A DNA stretch of 64,000 bases from Craspedostauros australis (lineage: Eukaryota): NCBI GenBank assembly GCA_030167865.1, contig JALAGF010003400.1, forward strand, positions 1-64,000, in the 5' to 3' direction. The position numbers and the translations under genes were made by a program. The first letter of the stretch is position 1, and the number at the start of each line of letters is the position of its first letter. The notes beneath the pieces were generated by a model. The model saw nothing but the letters and a program-made list of their open reading frames with translations. It searched no databases and had not been told where the DNA came from. This document shows, in pieces, positions 22,405 through 33,200 of the stretch.

Positions 22405-23615
22405 TCACTTCAGCGGTGGATCTTTCAGGTACACAGTCAGTTCTGCCGGACAAGTAGGCAAAGAAGAAGAACAGTAGCAACAACAACAACATAACAAAGG
22501 GATACGAGTGAGTTCAGAGCAGAGTACTATCCTTCTTTCATGACGAGAGCGGCGGTAGATTCTTGGACAATCTGTTGTGGACATCCTCGCCGAACAAGTT
22601 GTGAACCATGAGAACCGCACGAATGCCATACATGCAACAGATGCGTGTGCATCATGGAAAGTACACAACAGCACTGACCTATCCCATCGCGCAGCACATC
22701 CGTCTGGACTGAATTGGACTGCCTCTCCGCCTGCGAATACTCCACGTATGAAGTCTCCAACGTGGTTTCGACAACGCCATCGTTTGCCAAGGTCTTGACG
22801 TAGTCTCTGTAATCATCGATTCCCGCAAAGATGACATTGTCCGCAGCCACGTGCGTCGCCTTGCCAATCAACCTGTTCGCTTCCAACTCTCGAAGGTCGG
22901 GCAAGTAGAGCGACTTGTCATGATCGATGAACACGAAGTCTGCTCGAGATGCGCTGCCGTCCTTGCAATCTTTGCCATCGTCTTCCATTGCCCCCCTCAG
23001 CAGCTGCGACACCGTCATGGACCCCACTGCAAGGTCCAGCAGCAACACCTGGATCTTATCCTGCAACCCTGCAAGTTCAATCATGGAGCGTGCCACCCGA
23101 GCATGCTGTTCCACGGCTTCGACCGAGAATATCTTGTACGCGGGCCCATCGTTCGGCTCTTCCAACGTCGCGGCCATCATGATCGCGGCGTATCCGCAGT
23201 ACGTTCCCAGCTCCACAACGGTGAATGTTGCCGTTGCGGCAGGCTTCGTGGATTGGCGGTGCTTGCGACTTTGCATCAGGAACCGTTGCAGGATCGTTCC
23301 CTTTTCGGCACCAACATGCATCATCCAATGTCGATGAGCGCAGAATTCATCGATGCTATCCAAGACAAACTTGGGCTTGGCCGCTGCCGATGGATGGTTG
23401 GCTGCAACCTGCGTCGTGACATGCTGCAACAAGGCCTGTTCGGTGCCTGCATGAAACGCGAGGATGCCGCAATCATCGTCACGCACTGTTGTTGCGGATT
23501 TGTTTGCGACAGCGCTGATAGAAGGTTGCTCGGCATCATCGTTGGTTGCGTCCTGAGCGCAATCGTCGGCGCTGTCATTGTCATCGTCGAAGCAGCTGAA
23601 CGGATCTTCCTCCAT
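22405..23615 (-). CDS. COMT: Catechol O-methyltransferase-like SAM-dependent methyltransferase; exons 23615-22679 and 22442-22405; about 324 aa
   Basis: MMHVGAEKG, VVELGTYCGY, FVFIDHDKSLYLPDL and ADNVIFAG match the animal-type COMT pattern. The spliced end DGI/ELTVY parallels COMT DGLEKAIY. Confidence 0.85.
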
Positions 23616-24056
23616 AGTTGCTGTGTGAGTGCGTGCGTGTGCGTGGATGTTGGTAGAGTACTAGGAGTTGGATGGGTGTTGTTTCCAGTATGGTGCGATC
23701 TCCTTTATTGACGATCATGGTCGCCTGTTTGCGCTCTTGTTGGAGCATGAGTGCTCCAGTATCCGGACCCACGCGATCTACAGACGCAGTGGCATGATCT
23801 TTCCTGGTAGGGTGGGTGTGAACGAGTTGTTTCGTGACTGGGTTGGAGATGCGTCACAGACAGGACTTGAGTTTCCAAGCAACCAACACAAGACACACCA
23901 AGGGCGCCAGAGCACCATGGACTGCTCGTACGATCTAGAGTACAAATTAGCGCATCCACTTCTACACCTACATCGGCCAGCACCAATACCATTGAGTGGA
24001 TGGGCGATGTCATATGTACTGATACAATTATCTGCAGTCCACTGTTATGTGCAACA

Positions 24057-25004
24057 TCACGTCGATTGGTCCGCGATACGTGATGTTGGATGCATCAATG
24101 CCAATGCCACTGTCGCTGTCCACTGCGCCTCGATGAATTCGCCATCGAGCGTCGCCCGTTGAATTCGAGATAACGAGATCGTCTTCATCGTCTGCTTCTC
24201 GGTATCGGCGGCTCCCACTTCGTCCTCCAAGAACTGATGCTTCCCGTGCTTCGGATTCTTCTTGCACCCCGACGCCAGGAACGAATTCAGCCATCCCACG
24301 CCACGATTCACGTCGGTGCGATACCGTCCCAAGAAATGAAAGTCCGTGCATTGGATCCCATCCATCTCCTCGTCGACTTCGCGCCGTGCCGCCGCCTCCG
24401 CGGACTCTCCCGGTTCGATGATGCCACCGATGATGGCCAAGGATTGCCGACCCTCCAGCGCGTACTTGGTCTGCTGGAACACGAAGAATTGGCGCTCGTC
24501 GCCAGGTTGCGTCTCCATCTCGACCAGCACGTTGATGCGATCGTGGTAATCGACCCACAGCCAGTCGTCGATGACCCCGTCGGTGCCTGGAAACTTCACC
24601 GAATGTTGCGACACCTTCATCCATTTGGATTCCAGCAAGCATTTGGGCTTCCCGACGCTGCCGCTCTCCGGGCTGTAGTACTGCTCTCCGTTGTATTTGC
24701 CAAAGAACAACGCGCAGTCGCCTTCGGAAGTTGCCAGGCGGCTGCCACTGCCGGAGCCTGCAGGAATACTCGTATTGTCCACAGCAGTATGAAATCCCAT
24801 TTGCGAGAAGATCACAACTCCCGCTAGACACAGCGACAGGATGGCGAAGAAATCCCTCTGGATTTGCAACGTGTCCTTGTGGTTTGATCTGCCATTGAAA
24901 GAGGCCGTCGTGGCATCCTGTTGACTGCTACTGCCATTGTTGTTGGCAATGTTGGCGGCGCTTGCTGTGCTTTGCGGCATCCCAAGATTCAACCTGTTCC
25001 TCAT
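24057..25004 (-). CDS. Nudix hydrolase with N-terminal transmembrane anchor
   Basis: Nudix box GGIIEPGESAEAAARREVDEEMDG; hydrophobic segment FFAILSLCLAGVVIFSQMGF near the N-terminus. Confidence 0.85.
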   Translation of the reverse strand: MRNRLNLGMPQSTASAANIANNNGSSSQQDATTASFNGRSNHKDTLQIQRDFFAILSLCLAGVVIFSQMGFHTAVDNTSIPAGSGSGSRLATSEGDCALFFGKYNGEQYYSPESGSVGKPKCLLESKWMKVSQHSVKFPGTDGVIDDWLWVDYHDRINVLVEMETQPGDERQFFVFQQTKYALEGRQSLAIIGGIIEPGESAEAAARREVDEEMDGIQCTDFHFLGRYRTDVNRGVGWLNSFLASGCKKNPKHGKHQFLEDEVGAADTEKQTMKTISLSRIQRATLDGEFIEAQWTATVALALMHPTSRIADQST

Positions 25005-25858
25005 CGTGCGTACGAGTATGATGCAGATCGCATTCGTTCAACTAAAGGTGGGAGTACGTGGAATGGATGATGCTTCGACTCTCGTTCTTCCGGATCAGCT
25101 CTTGCTTGGATGCAGCAATGGTACTCGCAAGTAGGGGGGATGAGTACTCTGCGGGGCACTCCAACTCATGCAACTGCAGAGTGGCGAGAATCAAGGCTGG
25201 TCATAGCGGGTGTCGTTCTTGGTCGTGGTGCCTCGTCCACGCGTGTTTTCTTCGCTGGAACGAGATGGCGATGTTGTTCGCCCATGAATGACCCCAACAA
25301 ACTTCGTGCGTTGGGTTGGGGTGATGTGCTTTCTCATGAAACAAACACAACCAAACACAAAATGTTCGACGAGCATATTGCGGGACTGAAACTGTCTGGA
25401 CTGAATCTGGTCTTTCTGGCCATTCACTGACTTCCACGTGTCGACAACATCGTTTCGTTCACGACTTATTCCCGAAGTCCGTTTCCTTTGAACAAGCTGT
25501 CCGACTTCTCCGCTCTGTTCGTTTCATTCTGTGTTTGTGTTATGTGCAGACGGTATATATGTCGCCCAAAACTGTTCGGGACGTTAATGGGCGTTATTCG
25601 TTCGCGCCATTCCGAGGTTTGATGTTTGTTTTCAATCGATCTAGTCGAGAATGCGCCAACGACACTGAAAAAGACAATTGCGATCTTCGACACCAGAGAT
25701 TCGCTGTCGGCACTTCCTCACTCCACTCTTGTGGTCGTCCACCACCCACCCGTCTGTTCGAAGCATACTCGCACAAGAGAATCATAGGTATCAAGCAGAG
25801 AGTCTAATCAATCCTCAGGCGGCTACAATAATCTCGAGTACAACAAGATAGCGACGCC

Positions 25859-26866
25859 ATGCTTTTCCGTAACGCGCTGGTCTCCTCAACAGCCCGGCGC
25901 CTGCGGCGATGGATGAAGTTCCAGGGCGATCTGACCCGCAAACGTTGGTTGGAACCAGATCGCGATCCCAACGGACCCATCACACTGTTCGACTTTTCCA
26001 ACCCCATGGATGCAATGGATGCGGTCCTGGTGGATGAAACCGCGAAGAAGGGCGGGTGGAGGATATCGGATGACTCCGTGATTGGAGGTGCCTCCAAGGC
26101 CAACTTGCAGCTCATCGCCACGCTGGAGGATTATCGCAAGTACTTTCGGTTGGAGCAGAACAAGCATCTGGGTGTTTCTGAGGATGGTCACAAAGGCCTG
26201 CAGTACGATCTGAAGGAGCTGGAGGAAATTCTTCTGGCTGCGCAATCACGCAAGAACAGTCAACCTCAAACGCAGCAGCAGCAGCAGAAAGACGAAGAGG
26301 ACGCCAGCGACAATGATGACAGCGACGACAACCGCAAAGACCACGTTTCGGCAGAGGTGGATGAATTCACACCCTTCGTGCGGTGGCACGGGCACATCGA
26401 TACGACGGTGCCAGAGAACAGCAAGGTCAATCGCTCTGGTTTCTGTGCCATCCGCAGCCCCGATTTTGCCTTCAGAGGGGTGGATCTGGACGGGCGGTAT
26501 AACGGATTGGAGGTCACATGCCGTTCCGACGGTCGCCATTACGCCTTGCGCTTGCAGGTGGAGACCATGATCCCTGGCGATATCTTCCAGTGCTCGCTGA
26601 GCATCCCGCCGACCATCCAGCCGGATGAGAACTTCGACGAATCCCTCCATCCCGGACGATTCGATTCCAGCGTCTTTCTCTTTCGGCACTTCTTCGTCAC
26701 AGCCGGCGGAAAGATGAGAGCGAGACAGCGCGAGCTTGACACGACCATCCGCATTCAGAACGTCGGCCTCACGCTCATGGATGGCATGTCCGGCGACTTT
26801 CAGTTCGATTTGGTCAGAATACGGGCTGTCAACTTCAATGAAACCGGCATTCACGGAGAGCACTGA
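25859..26866 (+). CDS. NDUFAF1: Complex I intermediate-associated protein 30 (CIA30)
   Basis: LFDFS, WRISDDSVIGGASKA, RSGFCAIRS, RSDGRHY and GDFQFDLVRIRA; Arg-rich mitochondrial-type presequence. Confidence 0.88.
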   Translation: MLFRNALVSSTARRLRRWMKFQGDLTRKRWLEPDRDPNGPITLFDFSNPMDAMDAVLVDETAKKGGWRISDDSVIGGASKANLQLIATLEDYRKYFRLEQNKHLGVSEDGHKGLQYDLKELEEILLAAQSRKNSQPQTQQQQQKDEEDASDNDDSDDNRKDHVSAEVDEFTPFVRWHGHIDTTVPENSKVNRSGFCAIRSPDFAFRGVDLDGRYNGLEVTCRSDGRHYALRLQVETMIPGDIFQCSLSIPPTIQPDENFDESLHPGRFDSSVFLFRHFFVTAGGKMRARQRELDTTIRIQNVGLTLMDGMSGDFQFDLVRIRAVNFNETGIHGEH

Positions 26867-27221
26867 TCGGTCCATCCGTACCATTCTCATGACCGATAGC
26901 TGAAATTCGCACAATAATCAACGAGCAATCTACATACACAATCGTGATTGCAGTGGCAGTGGCATCAGCAGCCATTGTAGAGTATGTACGGGTCAGTCGG
27001 AGAGTCGAGTACGAAAGTTGGACTGGCGTGTACTATACTTGTGCACACGGCAGGAGCAAGGCAATTGTATGGGTGTCCATTCTCCGTATTGCTAGATTTC
27101 TTCTATTTCACATTCGGGAACTGAAACTTCTTGATGGCAACGGTTTGCATAGTGCCAATAGAGCGGAGTGCTCTACTAGTGCGTACAACAGTAGTCTGCA
27201 GGCTTATCCGCATTGTAACGC

Positions 27222-30200
27222 TCACCGTGCTGTGCTGGCCGGCAATTCGATCGGCAACACATCGGGGACGTTCGGCATTCTCATCTGCGCAGATGACCGT
27301 CGCCGTGAGAGCTTCTTGTTGGGAAGTGGGGCGCCTTCCGCTTGTGCTGGCAGCGGAGACGAAAAGTGAGAGTAACCTCCAGACGCCTTGTTGTAAAAGC
27401 TCTTCGAGGTCTTCTTCTGCTTGGATTTGTGCAGACTCGAGATGATGTCCAGTATGGAGCTTTCGCCTTGGTTGCTTTTCGTTGTACTGTTGGTGTTGGT
27501 GTTGGCGCCGGCGTCGGGTGGTGCCACGAACGACGATAGAGGCTTCGCATTTACTGTGACGTCGGCATCGGCATCAGCACTGCTGCTGATTTTGGTCGGC
27601 GGAAGCTCGGCCAGGCGCGACAGAAATGCTGCGGCACGTCCGTAGTGAGCATCATCCTTGAGGAAGTATTGCGTCGCCTGCGGTTGTTGAATCTCTGTCT
27701 CGAACGCATTCGCATCATTGGAGGAGAAATCGCCGAATCCGTCATCGTCGTCGTCGTTACCATCAGATGATGTGACGGCGGCGGCCACGGAAGTAGCAGA
27801 TGCTTGCTGAGGCGTTGCCTCGGCAGCTGCTGGCGGCTTCGTAGCATTTGCCGCTGAGTCAAAGTCCCCAAATCCGTCATCATCACCGTCATCCGCCGGG
27901 CTCGCAGACACGATCTTCTGTTGTTCTGCCGGTGGTTGTGCTTCAGCAGCGGTTGGGGCGGCATCGAAGTCTCCAAAGTCGCCGAAGTCATGGTCGTCGC
28001 CGTCCTCGACGTCGGCCGATGCTTGTCCAGAAGTCGGAGCAGCACCTGCATCGTCGCCTTGTGTGTTCGTGTGCGCGGCGGCACCAGCGTCAGGGTCAGC
28101 ACTATCGAAATCGCCAAAGTCATCATCAAAAGCGCCAAAGTCGTCGGATAAATCTGCAGGTGCGGAAGGGATGGGAGCTGTCCCATCTGAAGTAGCAGCA
28201 GCTGCAGCTGAAGCTTGAGTGTTTTCTGCTGCTTGGGATGCTGGTGCTGAGTCGAAGTCACCAAAGTCACCAAAATCGTCGTCGTCGTCATTCTCGGCGT
28301 TCGTGGCATCCATCGCAAGAGCTTCCGTTTTCGGTTCGTCTGCGACCTCAGCTGAGGCTGCTGCTGTACCGAAGTCGCCAAAGTCTGCACCATCATCCTC
28401 TTCCTTCGGTTCGTTAACGGAATCTGCTGCCTGTGCAGCGGCTGACCCTGATTGGTCATCCTGTGCCGATTCGAATCCACCAAAGTCACCAAAGTCGTCG
28501 CAGTCTGCGGAGACATTGGCCTGATCGGTATCCTTTGGTGCCGCATGACCATTCATCTCGGGCGTGTCGAAATTACCGAAGTCGTCGCCAACGTCATGAT
28601 CGTTCGCAGTATCTTTCTTTGGTGCTGCTTCCTCGACCGTTTCTTGATGGAACGTCTCTGGGGTATCTGCGCCTGCGTTGGCCGCTTCAAATCCTCCAAA
28701 ATCTCCAAAGTCGGCTTCTTTATCGCCATCTTCGTTCGGCTTGGGTGTATCCATGGCAGCAACTTCTTTGGATTCGCCGGTCGTCGCTATGGCGCTGTTG
28801 TTTGCAGTAAAGTCACCGAAGGTATCATCGTCGGTTGCCATGGAGGGATTAGCATCATCTTGTCCAGCGGCGGTGGATCCGTTGTTGTTCTTCTCGGCAT
28901 CCTCAAAGTCGCCAAAGTCATCATTTGGAATCAATGTAGCTGTGTTGCCGTCGGCGGACGACGGACTGGGTGTCGCAGTGTTGTTTGATTCGAACGCACC
29001 GAATAGATCCTGCTGTTCGGGGCTTTGCTGCTGCTCTGCATCTGGAGAGGTGGACACAGCTGCTTCTCCCACTTTGCTGTCCGGAGCATCTGCAGGAACA
29101 GCGGTCGTACCGAAGTCACCAAATGAATCATCGATATCTTCCGTCGGTGGAGCTGCTGTATTTGGAGCGCCATCATTGTTGTTGTCACCGTCAGCTTTTG
29201 GAACAGCTTCACTCTCGTTGGGCTGAGGGACATCAGAGGATGGGATGCTATCGAAGGCACCAAATGCATCATTGTCTGATGCTGGTTCTAGCACGTCGAT
29301 TGTTATTGCTGGTCCTTCTGAGGACGGGACAGGAGCCACGCTATCAAATGCACCAAAGGCATCAAAGTCTTCGCTGCTCCCTGCTGCGACTGGCTGCGTT
29401 TCGACGGACGGAGGCGCTGGAGCGATGACGTCAAAGGCACCGAATGCATCCGGGGTTGCTTCCATTTCTTCGCCCTTTGCGTTTTCAGCTTGTGAGGCAC
29501 CTCCAAAATCGCCAAAGTCCGCGCCCGAATCCTCCGCAGGCTGAGATTCTGTCGTTGTTGGCCCATCGAAGTTGCCAAAGTCATCGTCGTCGGCATTGTC
29601 TTTGGATGCGAGAGCTGCGTCAGCATCGTGTGCTTGAACGGCTACAGCACCCGCAAATGCATCGAAAACATCGTTTCCTGTGGTATCTGCACCTGGTGGT
29701 TGCGTGGTGCGTTCCTCGGCCTCTGCTGATCCGAAGTCTCCAAACCTCATGTCGTTTCCGTTGTCTGCTGCCGATTCTGGAACCGCCTTGGCCTGCGCGA
29801 TGTCGCCGCTTGCAAGAGCTGTGCTATTGATATTGGATTCCGCCGATGGTGCGGCTCCAAAGTCACCGAAATCATCTGTTGCCTCGGTCTCTGTGGATTT
29901 CATCGTCAGCGTCGGTTCTTGTGAAGGCTGCGCCAACCCGGCGGGATCCTGCGAAATTGCATCGAACGCACCAAATGGATCATCTTCATCAGCTGCTGCT
30001 GTAGTTGCCACTGGCTCCGGCAAAATGACTTGCGTGTGCGCAACACCCAGCGCGCCTCCAGCTGCGTCTGAGGTCGATGTCACGACTGGGGTGTCTGAAA
30101 AACCAAAGAGATCTGTGCTCGGCTGCTGTGGCGGCGTCATGCCTTGCGCTGGATCCGATCGAGACAGGGAAGCTGCGTTGAACAGATCGACATCGTCCGT

Positions 30201-33200
30201 GGTTGGGACATTCGGGTTCACGTCCGCTGTGACAGCTGCGTCACCAACGAGTCCGTTCAGTGCAGTCGGTGTCAGATCCATCTCGCCGCCGCTCATGTTT
30301 GTGTTTGTATCTGCGTTTGCGGTTGCACCTGCAGCTGTAGTTGTATCTGTGGTTGGAGCAACGCCGCTGAAGTCCCCGAAATCTTCGTCATCGTCGTTTT
30401 CGCCTTCGTTGTTGTGGCCGACTGGTTGTATCACGGTTGTGTCTGAAATCGTGGAAATCGGTGTTTCGGTTGGCGCCACGACTCCCGCGGGATCCGAGAA
30501 GTCGCCAAATTCTTCGTCTTCACCTCCATCCACGTCGCCGCCGACAGGAAGCGTCGCAGCTGCTACAGGTGTGGCCAGATCCTCGGCGCCATTCATCATG
30601 GACTCCAACGTCTCCCCCAGAACTGGTGCCGGAGGTGCCAGAGAATCGAAATGGCTGAACGGGTCGCTTGCGTCTTGCTCAGCTGTCGTCTCATTTTCTG
30701 GTGCTTGTGACACGTTCGCGCTGACCTCTGACCGTGGATTTGGTGGTGCTGAAGTGCCAGCGGCTATTCCATCACCTTCAGCATTTGCTTCGTCTGGGGA
30801 TGATGAGTCTGCGAAGAGATCATTCGATGTTGTTTCCGTCGGTGCATCTGGCATGAGTGTCGGAGCGGGTGCTTGTGGGAGACCAGAAAATGGGTCATCG
30901 AAGTCTTGCGACTCAGAAGGCTGCGTTGCGGCGGCGGTGGAAGGTCCCGATTGCATTTCGGGAGCCGCACCATCATCGAATGCGCCAAATGCATCCGCAT
31001 CTTCGTCGGCGTCGGCACCTGCATTCATATTGGTGGTCATTTCCATAGCGCTCGGAGGCTCTTGCTGCTGCTGCTGCTGTGTGTCCTCAAAGTCGCCAAA
31101 TTCCTCGTCGTCGTCGTCGCTTGCTCCGCCATTCCGAATGATGGAAGACTGAGCGGTCTCTTGCTCAGGTGTGGGCGTGGTGTCTTGCATGGCGTCTTCA
31201 AAGTCTCCAAAGCCGTCGTCGTCGTCTATTGGCGGACTTTGGTCGATGTTCGCGCCGACGCTCATGACTGTCTTTACCGGGGGAGCGATCGCATCGAACG
31301 CACTGAAGGCGTCGGTTGCAGCATCGCTGGTTGGCATCGTGCCGTCCGCGACTGCAGCAACTCCAAACGTTTGAGGCTTCTGGTCAATTGGAACGTCGCC
31401 GGACGCCTTCGCGTCTGCCGTGGCCGCCTCGAAGTCACCGAAGTCATCGTCATCTTCTTGCCCATTGTTGTTTGCGTCACTCCCATTTCGATTTGTCGGT
31501 GCGATTTCCATCGACGTAGTTTGTGCGTTGGTCATCGATAGTATGGATCCACCGTTCAGCTGCGCATCCACCGGCGCCATGGGCTGATCTGCAGCAGATC
31601 CGAACATCATGCTGCTGATTGCATCGGCTGGATTGGCGACTGCGTTCGATAAAGCTGGACCGACCGAGGCAGGTTTAAATGCAGTCGGTGACGGCAATTC
31701 AAATGTCGATGACTGTGCCGCAGGAACCGCAGCTTGATCGTTCGACCCGAACGTGTCTGTTGCATTTGCTGGGGTTACGTCTTCAAAATCGCCGAAGGCG
31801 TCGTCATCGGGCGCTGCTTCTTGTGCTGTTTCCTGGCCAGAATTCATTTCCATGGATGGTGGGGCAGAATCGAAGTCGCCGAAGTCGCCATCCTCATCAT
31901 TGGCGTTCATTCCATTTGCCGTATGATCGGCGATAGGATTTCCTGATGCAAGCAGTTCATCTGCTGTTGTCATCATGAGGGAGGATGGTTCCATGATCGT
32001 TGCCATGTCGATGGCGGGTGGAGCGGGCACTTGCATTGCGCTCGACAAGCCCATGGTTGCTGGCAATGGTGTCGCGGAGCTGTCGGGGCCAATTCCAGCG
32101 AAGGGGTCATCTTCCTCCTCCTCCTCCGCCTCTTCGCCGCCGCCGTTCTCATTGGTGGCTTGAGGGATGTTGGCAACCATCGTGGTTGGCCCAGGTTGTT
32201 GTGTCAAGTCGCCCGATGGCATGGCCTCATCGAAGTCGCCGAAGTCATCGTCGTCGTCGTCATCATTACCAGTTCCTTGCGGTTGGGTGTTGTCCACTTT
32301 CATTGGTTGCATTGTGGAGGAGTTTATGTTTGCTGTCGTCATTGCAGCAGGTTCTGCCGCGCCAGACAGAGCGGGCTCAGCCAACGCCGATACATCATTG
32401 TTTGGGACAGGAAGTCCTGCAAATGGATCATCAAATTCTGCGCTACCCGATGTTGACCTTGATAGGGCGTTGGTTGCATCTGGCGTTGTAGCATTTGCAT
32501 CCTCAAAGGCACCGAAATCGTCGGTGCTCTCGCCATCATTTGCAGCGTCTTCAAAAGCCCCAAATCCATCCGAATCGCCTTCTTCGTCTTTGCTGGCGGC
32601 CTCGCTTCGTGATGCAGTGCCGGGGGCATCTTCGAAGGCACCAAATGCATCATCGTCGGCACCCTGCGCAGTTGCGTCAAGGCTTGGAATGGCCACAATT
32701 GTGGGACCGGTGAGAGTAGAGAGTGCAGATGGTGGCTGAAGATCGTCGAAAGCGCCAAACGCATCCTCATCAGTGTCGCCAGTTGGTTGCGATTCGGCGG
32801 AGGGACCGTTGAGTGTTTGCGTGGCGTCTTCGAAGTCGCCGAATTCATCGGTATCATCTGCGTCCATGGCATCGGTTGGCTCGGGAGCAAACATGGATGA
32901 TATGGCTTCACTGGGTGTCGATGTGTGAGTCGATTGCACCGCGTCTTCGAAGGTGCCAAAATCCTCATCGTCTTCGTCGTTGCTGCTCGTGCTCTTCTTG
33001 GTTGAGTCTGCGAATGGAGTTGGTTGTGGTGAAAATGGCATCTGTGCACCAGATGTGGCAATGTCCATGGACCCTATGGATGGATTATTGCTCATCTGCA
33101 TTGCCATCTGAACAGCCGCCATCATCATGTTGCGCGTTTCTTCAGACATGTTCTCGGTATCCATTGGCTGCTGCATCATCGTCGCATCGCCACCCATGTT

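Noticed and set aside
29680-31152. 490-aa plus-strand ORF with SPKS repeats (also 42949..44286, GAEV repeats)
   Set aside because: Antisense shadows of the DFGD and PTSA coding repeats.
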